Source: Psilocybe cubensis (Eukaryota). Taken from it: a stretch of 64,000 nucleotides of DNA. The notes under the pieces were generated by a model. The model made no database searches, was not told where the DNA came from, and saw nothing but the letters and a program-made list of their open reading frames with translations. Both the position numbers and the translations under genes were made by a program. Shown here one piece after another: positions 1 to 13,308 of the stretch. Location of the stretch: contig CM039010.1 in NCBI GenBank assembly GCA_017499595.2, forward strand, positions 1,922,001 through 1,986,000, in the 5' to 3' direction. Position 1 is the first letter of the stretch; every line of letters begins with the position of its first letter.

Positions 1-93
1 TTTTTGTGTGATTTAACCTGTCACGCAAAACATTGACCTGCTTAAAAAGGCACAAAAGGCATTTGGGGATCTTGTCACTTTTGCCGATGTAAT
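1..93. repeat. Diverged direct repeat, copy 1 (copy 2 at about 3373-3465)
   Basis: Shared blocks TGTCAC..AAACATTGACCT..AAAGGCAC.AAAGGCATTTGGGG.TCT.GTCACTTTTGC..ATGTAAT in both places. Confidence 0.75.
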
Positions 94-133
94 TCTGTGA
101 AGATAAAGAGGGGAAACTGGAGAAATCCTGACA

Positions 134-420
134 TCACGCCCTCTCTAAGGCACATTTTCCACAATGTGCATATGGATGGGTTAGTTTAGAGGGTTTAAGA
201 AGAGGAGAAGGTTCAGTAAAGTTAATAATAGGAATGAAAGAAAGTCTATCAAAGGTCACAGCAGAAATCCTTCTAGGTGCTGAAGGGTGTTTGGCATGGA
301 AGTCCTTGATAGCCTTAGAAACATTTTTCAAGTGCTCTGCAGGCTCCCAAGTGCATTCTTCATTAGGATAGTTCTTCCACTTGACCAAATATTGAAGTTT
401 GTTTCTAAAAAGTCTGCTGT
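134..420 (-). mobile_element. Ty3/gypsy (chromovirus) pol 3' remnant: chromodomain, PPT-like tract, probable LTR start
   Basis: Translation VKWKNYPNEECTWEPAEHLKNVSKAIKDFHAKHP is chromodomain-like. On the minus strand it is followed by purine-rich AGAGAGGGCG and then TGTCAGG starting at 133. Confidence 0.8.
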
Positions 421-1933
421 CCTTGATACATAGTGTTGCCCTGACAGGTAGATGCCGTGAATCTTGAAAACGGCATTGCAGCAGTCCTGGCGCGGACCGA
501 TGGTGTCAGCGCGCTAGTTTGGCTCCTGAATAAAGATGTGACAAAGAGATATAATTAGCTATGAGTAAAAACAATGAAGTAGAAACAAGAAGAAAACGTA
601 CCATAACTTAAACAGCGCGGTTGAGAATACCAAAGATAATAGGCGCCTGGTCTTTGTCTTGCACAGCGGATGTATTGACGATAGTTAAAGGGATGAAAAT
701 CATTGCCCAAACACTGTCGGTGATGGGAATAAGAGGGTCGGCAGTATTGACAGTTGACATGATGCAAAAGAAGTTAGAAGGCAAGAAGCTATCAGAGGGC
801 GATGCTGTTAGTCCAGCCAAAAATAACAGTTATTTATATGGACTGGCAATGTGCAGACTTAGCAGGAATCAGTGCAAATATATTTGTGCTTTGATAGCCA
901 AATCCACTAAGTGACAAGGATAGGAGGCTGACTAAGAACAGTCAGGTGCTTTAGTTTGGGGGAAATAATGTGTGTGCACACATGATAGCTGTAGAAACGT
1001 GGATATGACTGTAAAAGCAAAACAAGCAGAGAGAAATATGAAATAACTGAGATAAGGCTTACCAAAGTAAACAACACAAGCTTAACAAGGCAGAAAACAA
1101 GGGAAATCTCACAGAGTATCATGAACAACAAACTGAGAGAAAGGCTAGTCTGGATAGTTGGTAACAAAGCATATACGTAATAGTGCAAAAAAGGCAGCCT
1201 CAGTTATAAAAATAGAATTTACTGCTTGATTAGTCAGTTAATGTGTGCAAAAGTGCATGATAATAACAAACTCAGCCCCTGAAAGACAAGGCACCAGACT
1301 GATAAACAAGAATGCAGGATCCTGGTCACGGTATACAGAATGGACGAGCAGGCAGGCCAAGCTCAGTAATGGATAAGTGCCCAGCAGAGTCATTTCCAAT
1401 AGTGCCAGTTAAACCAATATCCAAGTACAATCAGTATGTCGAGTATTTCAGGGTAAAATCCTATAAATACAGCTCAAGGAGGGAGCTGAGAGGAAGCATT
1501 ATACCTGCGATTCTTTGAACAAATTAGTGTAAAGTTTTGAGATATAATATTAAAGTCCCAGAGCTAAGTAAGAGTTAAAAGTTCAGTAGTCAAGCAAAGT
1601 GATAAGTCAGCCAGTTCAAAAGGAGACTAGAGCACTTATACTTGAGATTTAGAATTAGTCTATTAAAATCCAATATATCTTAAAACCCTAACCAAATCCC
1701 TCAAACAACTTAAATTACTATACAAATCAAACCCTTAAAAACCTGTATACGTTATTAGAATTGTGATACCAATACTTTAGTAACTTTGCCATATACAAAT
1801 TGTGTGTGTGTAATTTTACTACGTAAAACATTACAATCTTATCATTGTGACAAGATTACCCAGATAGAATGGATTATTATAATCAAAATATCCGCCAGAC
1901 ACTCCGTCCGGCGGACAGCACATGACCCACGTG

Positions 1934-2383
1934 ACCACCGCGGTGGTGAAATTGACATGTTAGTTTTCACCACTGAAGTAGTCAAATCCGACATATAAGT
2001 TTGATCACTCCAGTGATCAAGTACAGCATGTAAGTATGATCAATTCAGTGGTGGAATGTAGCAAGTTAATATCAGTACTGAAGTGGTAAAATGAATATGT
2101 TAGAGTTTATCACTTCAGTGCTGAAATTGACATGTTGTAATTCCACCACTGCAGTGGTAATAATTGTGTGTCATATAGAATAAATACAATGCTAAGAATA
2201 GTAATTATTACTACTTTTATAATTCCTACACTACTAGAGTGGTAAGATTTTGAATGTATCTTATATCACTTAAGTGCTAGAATAGTATACATAATTTTGA
2301 CCACTGAAGTGGTGGAATAGTCTACATAACTTATACCACTGCAGTAGTGGAATTTTTAGTTTCAATCTCACCACTCTAGTGCT
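1934..2383. repeat. Array of 12 degenerate 14-bp palindromes (consensus ACCACTGCAGTGGT) with 35-bp period
   Basis: Copies start at 1934, 1969, 2004, 2039, 2074, 2109, 2145, then 2230, 2265, 2300, 2335, 2370. Confidence 0.9.
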
Positions 2384-2459
2384 TGCCATATTTGAACAGT
2401 TTGTTTTATTTCTTGAGGTTGGATTAATTAGTTAGTTAGTTTAGGATTGGGTGTAGAGA

Positions 2460-2506
2460 TTAGGGATTAGGGTTAGGAATTAGGGATTAGGAATTAGGAA
2501 TTAGGG
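2460..2506 (+). repeat. Interstitial telomere-like repeats (TTAGGG/TTAGGA variants)
   Basis: TTAGGGATTAGGGTTAGGAATTAGGGATTAGGAATTAGGAATTAGGG. Confidence 0.7.
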
Positions 2507-3372
2507 TTGTTGAGTACATATACAAAGCGCGCAAGAGAACGCACAATGTACATTGAGACGTGATGTGACGAGGTAGTCACGTGAGTCTATCCAGCGGATG
2601 TCCGGCAGACGCGCGGACACAGTAATCCATTTGGTCTCAGATTACCGTGACTCACATAATTTGATTGAAGATTTAGATTGATTGAGTCACAGTAAGCAAA
2701 TGTAAAATATATGCACATCAAATGCAATATGCGTATACACCCATATTTAAGTCAAAAGAATGGCTGAATAGTCGTACTAAAACAAAGACAAGCTACAAAA
2801 AAGATATAATGAACTGGTCAGTTGGAGTTGTCCAATGAGACAAGGAGCAATATTGCTTTACCTTCTAGTTGCAGTTCTGTTCTGTGTGTAAGCCTGGTTA
2901 ACACCAAAAGTGTGGCATAATAAAAGTGTGGAAAGGAAGGGACTGGGGACCATGTCATTGATATGTTTTAAGTTATTATACAAAAAAGTAAGGTTCAATC
3001 TCTGATTTACTTTGTACATGGATTCACATGGTTTTGCTGAAATTGACTTGACTTGACGTCATATAACAACACTATGGTCAGTAAAATTTCTCCTTGCAAA
3101 ATCATTTTGCCTCAATTTTAATCTCCGTAATTATTTAGCATGCATTTCAATCCATGTAATTGTTTCAATGCACGTAAATTTAAATTCAAGGTTTTGTGCT
3201 TTGTTTCTATTGTTGTTCAATGTTTTCTTTCATGTTTTATGGTGAAGAAATAATTAAAAAATTACTTTAAGTATTTGGAATTATTGGCAGTAAATGTTAA
3301 GGTTTCCAAATGTTTGTAGAGTGTTAAAATGTCCTCAAAATGTTTGCAGCACCTCCAAATTTTATTCAAATG

Positions 3373-3465
3373 TTTTGTGCAAAATAATCATGTCACATGA
3401 AACATTGACCTATTGTTAAAGGCACCAAAGGCATTTGGGGGTCTGGTCACTTTTGCTAATGTAAT
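3373..3465. repeat. Diverged direct repeat, copy 2 (copy 1 at 1-93)
   Basis: Aligns by eye to 1-93. Confidence 0.75.
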
Positions 3466-3847
3466 GGTTAGTAATATTTACTAACATTTAGTTCAGCCTT
3501 GTATGTACTTGCATAGGTCTGTCTGTCAGAAGCATACCACTTGAAGAAGGAAGAAAGGGCTGAATATGCTGCCTCTACCGTATGCACTGACATTGGTGGC
3601 AGTCTTTCTTATTAGTTGTTTTTATTGAACAGGATATTCTGTGAGGCTATTGGGTTATTCTCCTAACATGTCCTCTTTTGCTTTACTTTAGACCTTTTTA
3701 ATGTATCTGGCCTGCATTTATACTCTTCTACTACATATTTGCAATAAATTCTTTGCTTGCTCTACCATCTGATATGCTTCAAAATCTGCTGTACTAAAAT
3801 TCATCATATTAGAATGGTTTATAAAACATTTATAAGAGCTGCTAGCC

Positions 3848-4439
3848 TAAGCACTGAAATATGGTGCTTGTCAAAGTATTGAAATATGATGCTTGCCATA
3901 TTTTAAATATGGTGTGTGCTAAACACCAAAATATGCAGTAATACTGTGCATGCCAAAGCACCAAAATATGGTGCTTGGAAACATGGTGCATGCTGAAGCA
4001 TGAAATATTGGGCATGCCACCATACCCCAAATATGGTACGCTCCAAAGTGCCAAAATACAGTACTTGCAAATATGGTGCATGCTGAAGCACCAAAAAATA
4101 GGGCTTGCGGCCCTGCCCCAGAATATAGTGCATGCCGGAACCACTAAATATGGGGCGCTTCTAGGCTTGCTCTTATCCAAATGTTGTCAACCCAATTTCT
4201 GCTTTGTTCATTACATCATGATTTAGGGGAACTTTGACAGATAACTATGGGCATAATTTGCCGCAAATATTTTGGTATTTCTGCTGCGCTGCAACACCAT
4301 ATGCTAAGAAAAATGGTCCATTAATAAATGTTGTTTTTTATTCCTACAGTGGCTTAGTATCAACCATACTTATGTCAACCGTGGCCAAACCGTGTCGGGC
4401 ATGGTTAAAATTTTACCGTCCCGGACTTTGCTCCCAGTG
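3848..4439. mobile_element. Probable right end of a CACTA/CMC-type element with degenerate subterminal repeats
   Basis: Many GCACCAAAATATGGTGC-like units at 3848-4160. The AT-rich region ends in CTCCCAGTG at 4439 (reverse complement CACTGGGAG). The left end was not identified. Confidence 0.45.
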
Positions 4440-4476
4440 TGTATTCAGGGTAGGGAACAGTAGGGGAAAAATAAAT

Positions 4477-6139
4477 CTACGCAGCTCCTCCTTCTTCAGC
4501 GGCTCTCTGCTGTCTTCTCGCCTTCTTGGCCGCATTAGCAGCAGCAGCCTTCTGCTTCTTCGCCTCAGCACGGGCAAGCTAATAACGGTGGTGGAAAAGG
4601 ACAAAAACAAAAACAAAAAACGCGGATCAATCAGAACGACGTCGGGACTCGACAAAGAAAGTAAAATAAAATCACACCTTCTCAGCCTCCTCCTTCTCCT
4701 TTGCAGCCTGCTCGGCCTTCTTCTTCTCCTCTTCCTCTTGCTGTTTGGTTTTCTTGGCGGCGGCCGCAGGGTTACCAGCTTTCTTCTTCGCCTCGCGAGC
4801 CTCCTTCTCCTGCTGCTTGATACGCTTAATGCGAGGGTCAAGGCTGCACCGAAAAACAAGTAAGCCCAAAAGATTCCACAACACAAATAATTCCAAAAAA
4901 CCATACCCGAGAGCCATGTCGACCAATCCTCTAAGCTTGGCGGTATCCTCCTTCTTTCTGCGGGCGCGCTCCGACTTGTTCTTCTTCTCAGTGTAGCGCT
5001 TGTCGTCACGGCTATATCACATTCAATCAGCAAAGCTAGGACATTATCAGATACAATAAAATATCCGCACCTGTCGCTGCCCTCGTTGACTTCCTTATCA
5101 AGCCACTCGAAGCTTCTCCAGCTGTCAAAGTTGTACCAGAAGTCGTAGAAGCCCTCTACTTCATCCTTGGAGGAGTCGATGTGGCCAAGCCCAGGAACAG
5201 GCTGAGCCTTGGAGAAGCGGGAGTACAAATCAAAGACAGGTCCAAAAGTCTTGAAGAAATCAAGATTTTTGCTCTAAAAATGATATGCTTAATACATGAG
5301 GAAACCACAAGAAACCAACAAAACAGGCGCACCTTGAACTCGGCGAGGGTAGGCATCTCCTCCTCGAGCTCCAAGAATACGGGGTCGACAGAGTCGAATT
5401 GGCGGCGCTTTTCGGGGTTTGTGAGGACCTCGTGAGCCTTTTGGATGCACTTGAAGAAGGCATCGTCGTTGGTATTTTGGTTCACGCCGGCGAGGTATAG
5501 CGAGCTGGAGACATTGGTGGTGGTGGCAGCCTTTTTGTCGGGGTGGTGCTTCAACACTTTTTTGCGGTCTGATCATTGGCCCATGTAATGTAAGCAAAAG
5601 ATCAAGCACCGATAAAGGACTAGACGTACGAGCAATTTTGATCTGGTCAGCGGTAGCTTTGTAGCGAAGATGAGAAAGACCAAGGACAGCATAGTGATCT
5701 TGTTTCTGTAGGCAGATAGCGATCAGTATAAAAACGAGATTCTGATTAAACGATATAACATACCTTCCACTCCTTGGGATCAAGAGCCAGGAGTTCTTCA
5801 GATTCCTCTTCGTCGCCTACACCGAGATCATCTTCTCCAGCGTTGTCTTCTCCATGGAGGGCGGCGAGACGTTCGCGTTCTGCTTCAAGGTGCTTGTCGA
5901 GCGAGGAGAACGAGTGTGAATGGTGGAGAGAAAGGCGCAAATGGTTAATATAAGCAGGTCCAACAGGGAGCAGGGTACGATGGCCAGATGGATGGGGAGC
6001 TATAATACTATGAGCATGAATTTTTTGAACAGTCTGTAAAAAGCGCACCAGAGATACGAGAAGTAGATGGGACACTGGGGGCCTTATAGGCAGCAGAGAC
6101 GGGAGGAGTAGCAATCGACAAAACCTGAACGGACGCCAT
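4477..6139 (-). CDS. ZUO1: Zuotin, ribosome-associated J-domain co-chaperone (multi-exon)
   Basis: Exons encode DPKEWK, QDHYAVLGLSHLRYKAT, the J-domain HHPDKK, FFKCIQKAHEVL and FYDFWYNFDSWRSFE. ATG at 6139, TAG at 4477. Confidence 0.93.
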
Positions 6140-6848
6140 CGTTGTACGAGGAAGAGCAGCTAAACTTTTTTTTGTCACACAAACGCGTGCATCACAGATG
6201 TGTCACACAGAACATGTTCAACACCTCCGTATGTCAGAAACAAAGAAAACGAATTGAATTGCATATGTAGACTACGACAGATTGGATTGTATGGACCGCA
6301 TAGTCAAGCTTCTTCCACTCCGCTGCGGGTGTGCAGGGATGCTGAGGCTGGAAGGTGCTCCGGCTTAAGTGGGTCCTATATAACGTTTCCTCTTCCCATC
6401 ATAGCTGATACCCTGTTCCTATCATCGAGAAAGAGAGTTACTACGACATTATCGACGTAGCGCTGTGAGGGTTTTTTGTTGACCTGCTTTTTTCTCGTTA
6501 GACTTTATATACCCTTATAATCACGTGATACACAGCCACGACATCTCGCTCAACTCCGAGCAGAACTTCGTCTCGATTTCATGCACTTTCCAGTGAGCAA
6601 ATTGAAGAAAACATTCCAATATCGCTTTATATCCCAGAAAACAAAGGTTCTGTCAAAGAGAAACTGCAGCGGATCTACCATTGAGTACATTCAGTACCAG
6701 GCGAGACACGTCCAGGAGGTTTCCCGTCTTACTTATGCAATCGCAATCGAGAATCATCCTTTTATAGGGCAGCTGTTTAAACTGGGTCATAATATCCAGC
6801 CATAGATACATTCACAGAATGACAAGCCGCTCTTGCTGTCAAATCAAC

Positions 6849-8153
6849 TTACAATTTACTCTTCAAACGTTTCTCTTCCTCTCTCTTTCTCCGTGCTCGG
6901 ATAGCCCTGCTGACCCGACTGATATTTTCGCGACCCAATCTTTCGCTGATCCACCATCCAATATCCGATATCTTCTCCAGATCAATGGTCCCACCACCGT
7001 ATGATGAGCCAACAACATGGTACTTTGACTCCTGAAGCGCGTAAAGCACGTCCTCGGTCGCAACATTTCCTGTAGCACCGGGGGAGTAGGGACATCCTCC
7101 AAGTCCACCCACGGAGGAGTCGAACGTACGGACGCCGTGTTCAAGAGCCGCAAAGATGTTGGCTACAGCAGTACCATATGTATCATGGAACTACAAGGTC
7201 AAAACTAATCAGTACCAGAAAGGATATATAAAAAGAGATGTATCCACTCACATGCCCCTAATTTACACAATCAATAAATCAGGACCAGAACGTAAAGCCA
7301 AAAAAAGAGCAGCACTCACTGCCAACTTGGACACCGGAATGTCCTTCTTAACCTCTTCCAGCATCTCCGCGATATCATGCGGCCTTCCCTGACCCACTGT
7401 ATCCCCAAGGCTAACCTCATAACACCCCATATCAATCAACTCCTTCGCGACCTCCCTAACCCGCCTATAATCCACCCTTCCCGAGAACGGGCACACAATC
7501 ACCACACTCACATACCCCCTCACCCTCAAGCCGCGATCAAGCGCCGTCCTCGTCACGACCCTCAACCGTTCCAGCGATTCCGCAACAGTACAATTCGTAT
7601 TCGCCTTCGAAAACGCGTCCGTCGCGCCCGTAAAGACCGAGACCTCATCCGTCAACGGAGGAGACGCCGGATTCTGCTCCAACAACGCCAAAAGATCTTC
7701 CAGCCCCTTCTGATTCGGGACAAGGACGGCATAATGCACATTCGGGAGCCTATCGATCCCCTTGAGCACATCCGGCGTTCCTGCCATCTATCAAATTTGC
7801 CCAATGGGCCTGCATCTCAGATATACGGACGAACAGAGAACATTCTAGAGAAAGAGAGAGAGACGACGCACCTGCGGCACCCATTTCGGACTGACGAAGC
7901 TGCCAGCTTCGACATTCGTAACCCCAGCGCGAGCCAGTCTGTTGATCAAGTCTATCTTGACGTCAACAGGTATGATAGCGCCCTTCTCGTTCTGCAACCC
8001 ATCTCTGGGGCCAACTTCCACGATATTGACCTCGTTTCTTTTAGGAGGAGAGCCTGGTATTGACCCATACCGCCGTCTTCCGGCAATAACTTTGAATTGG
8101 TTACAAGGGCGCCAAATACCTGGCGTCAGGTTGTGTATACGTGATGAGATCAT
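6849..8153 (-). CDS. Hydroxymethylglutaryl-CoA lyase, probably mitochondrial (multi-exon)
   Basis: [58 protein letters not shown]. Arg/Ser-rich N-terminus. Confidence 0.93.
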
Positions 8154-8544
8154 TCGAGGCGCTGGTGAAACCTTGATTATGGACCCAATCCTCGATAATT
8201 GTACGTAGAGTCCAATGATGAGACTGGTATAGACTGTGTTGGTATGATGGTAGATGAACAAGAGGACACTCGGATCTTGTTCACACCTGAACGCATTACC
8301 CCACACCGGCCCGGCAACTTATAAGCGCGATTGATAGTAAGTTGCGACACGAAACAAAAATATATTCTGTACATGGGGTAAGACGATTTACTTTGGTATC
8401 AAATATACTTGTAGCGACTATTGAATGTTCATGAAGTCCTGGTTATACCAAGGCGAGGAACCACAAAGCAGAACAACATCAAAATGCTATTATATGACGA
8501 CCCTTCCTCCACTCATTCAAGTTGATTACTATGAGAAAGATCAT

Positions 8545-10691
<2,147 letters not shown>

Positions 10692-11297
10692 GACGGTGAT
10701 CAACACCCCGGAGATGTATGTAGTATAGTGTAAAGAAGGTTCAAAAACACAAAGCACAGGAACGCTTATATCAGTCGCCAAAGACACCGCCACGTTTCGC
10801 CAACGGCGCCCAACCTTCACCTCGACCCCGGATCACACTGCCATCCCTGACGGCATTCATGTTCCTTACATTCAAACCACCACCGCTGTCGTCTTTCACG
10901 ATGCAAGGCACGCCAGAGCGTGTTGTTCCTTGCTGCATCCACGACCCCAGCCTGCTGTTCTTTTCACGTTGTTTTCACCTAAAAAGTCCTCACCTCGGTC
11001 GGGCTCACTCATGGCCTATCTTGTCTCGCTTTCCTTCGTGCATCGTACTATCGCCGGCCCCTATTCTTCAATTCGAATTTTCAATGACGGTGCTACCTTT
11101 TCTTTCATATGTTCAGCAACAAAGTATCTTTCGCGTCATCAAGTGAGCGGCCCTTTGGTTTTCAAATGCCGATGACCAATGCAGAACTGCGCATTCTGGA
11201 TGGAGGAAGTCTCGGCCCTATGTCACATAGCCTGTAGCCTGTAGCCTGTATGGAGGATCGCCTTCTTATCCGGCCACGCTAACGAAGGTTATGACGC

Positions 11298-12610
11298 ATG
11301 TCGGACCCGGACGCTTTAATTTTTCTGACAATACCCGGCGGCGCATTACTTTCCGATGACCAGCAAAGGCTATGAACTGCTATACGGGCTCTTTTCGCAA
11401 CACTGGAAGGTTCCGGTTCGGAATCGTCACTCTCCGAAGCACAGAAGAGTCCAGCTGCACAACTATTCGTGATCCAAATGCTATCTTGAAGACTGTCTGA
11501 ACGAAATGATACCATCTTGCTTGGCCCTTCCTTGGACAAGATGACTTGCTTGAAATGACTTGGAATTTTTGGGGCTCAAGTTTCTTGGCCCTTGTATTTG
11601 CCACGTATCAGTGCCAAAGTTGATACCTTCTCAACTGTGGGGCCAACCCTGGTCAACCGCCTCTCTTGAGATTGTGTGGATCAAATTTCTTGGCTACCAG
11701 TCCTTCTGACGAGTTGCGACTCACTTGAAAATGATAGATATCTTCTCAGGTGCGGTCAACACCTCCAGCTTTCCACGTGAAATACTTTACACACTGGTAT
11801 GGCACAATGCTTTTCATATGTCTGTATCTCAATCACCAAATTCGCTTGGATAAACCTTGCATTTGTTTCCTCGGAAGAAAGTTATCTAAAGCTTGAAATT
11901 GGCATATCACTCACAAGGAAAAATGGAAGTGTCGGAAAAAAGAAAAAGTCAGAGAGTACCATGGCCAGTCGGGCTTCACATTCGTCTCGGAAATATACGA
12001 TAATTCTTGAACTTCCCAATATCCCTCATTTCCGTCTTCCAAAGAGTTACCGCAAATGTAAAATGTATAAGCGCCCAAGTATTACAGTAGATTGTGGTCA
12101 GTCAATATGGGTACCCGCCTTGGAACGAACTAAGATTTATTTTACTTGAAAGGCTAGCCTCACGAAAGGTACGCTCCCATCCTTGGTCATTTTTATGAGA
12201 TCCTAACTCTTTGAAGCTTGAGGCACGAACTCTGAAGGAAGAGGACTCTCAGCATTCGGGTTTAACAGCATTGGAATTTCTAGGATTGGCAGAAACTTTG
12301 GAGTCGTCGGAATCATTATCAAGCATCAAGACACCTTTAGGAAGCCATCTGGTATCTCAGACGACTCGTCTTTAGAGGAGAATTGCAGTAGTACTGCAAA
12401 ATATATCCTAAATCTGTAAAAATGCATTTATACATGAGATTCATACCTCACTCAAGAAAAATAGTGACTCATCTGGGAACCGGGAATCGATGATTCTCAT
12501 CATGCACGATGCAGGCAAGTCGGTGGCTAGACAGTGACTGCAATGACAGGGACGAAAACGATGAAGATGAAGACGAAGATTGGGGTGAAGATAATGGCCA
12601 ATGCCATTGA
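11298..12610 (+). pseudogene. Pseudogene of unknown protein with six in-frame TGA codons, followed by a kinase-family C-terminal remnant
   Basis: The frame from ATG 11298 has only TGA stops until about 12204. A canonical intron (GTACGC..CTAAC..AAG) lies near 12169-12217. Bases 12490-12610 encode MILIMHDAGKS and WLDSDCNDRDENDEDEDED. Confidence 0.6.
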
Positions 12611-12830
12611 CGGTAAAGTGTGGTTTTTTGAGTCGCTTGATATACCGCCTCTTAGCAGATAACACAGTGGACACCAATATGATTGAACTAATCCTTACTT
12701 TTATCAATTTTCCCGGCGACAAGTGGGCAAGCAGTTTCTGCAGTTTCCGAGATACCATCATCGAAGAGCCGGTAAATGAGACTGCATTTGCCCGATTCGG
12801 CATTTCAGCCAACGACGGTACTCGAACATG

Positions 12831-12913
12831 TGCCCCATGGCCAAGTTGGTTAAGGCGTCCGACTGTTAAGAAGCGCAATCGGGAGATCGAGAGTTCGACC
12901 CTCTCTGGGGCAG
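12831..12913 (+). tRNA. tRNA-Asn(GTT) with 9-nt intron
   Basis: Acceptor stem TGCCCCA/TGGGGCA, anticodon arm TCCGA-CTGTTA, T-arm GAGAG-TTCGACC-CTCTC. Mature length 74 nt, with a T-run downstream. Confidence 0.93.
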
Positions 12914-13308
12914 CAAATCATTCGATTTGACTTTTTTGCAGCTCATATTTTACTATCGTAGAGCATACTCTGGTTGTGAATTACTTGACATAGTCGGTTA
13001 CCCAACTGTTGTTAGAAAAACGTTTCAATATCAGTTATTATAATCAATAGTACCATTCAAAATCAATTTTTTCATGTTTTCTAGTGGATTTGTTTTTAAG
13101 AGCCAAGTAGGATTCTTTCAAAGCAATTTGCTTGCTTTCCTCTTGTATTTGAGGTTTTTTTTGTCTGCGCGCCTCTTTGAACTCAACACATCCCCATTTA
13201 TCTATACATAAACAAAGACAAACAGTACGCCGCCGACTTCAAATTAAGCTGGCCTTCGTTTTCAAATCAGATACAAAGTCTAATTGCAATCTTCTCAGCA
13301 TCGCTGGA

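Larger units (their letters stand above)
1861..2638. mobile_element. Non-autonomous hAT-like DNA transposon (778 bp)
   Basis: Exact 8-bp direct repeat AGATTACC at 1853-1860 and 2639-2646. Imperfect TIRs: CAGATAGAATGGATTA versus the reverse complement of the right end GAGACCAAATGGATTA. Further inverted similarity extends to CACGTGAC. Confidence 0.65.

Noticed and set aside
430-1540. Short ORFs as real genes or an identifiable TE protein
   Set aside because: The sequence is AT-rich and degenerate with no recognisable motif. It is probably old repeat DNA but cannot be assigned.
1934-2383. CRISPR array
   Set aside because: The context is eukaryotic with no cas genes. The repeats are only 14 bp and degenerate, some spacers resemble each other, and the array lies inside a TIR/TSD-bounded element.
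11298-12206. Selenoprotein or TGA recoding
   Set aside because: Neighbouring genes use TGA as stop, there is no redox-motif context, and CpG decay is a simpler explanation.
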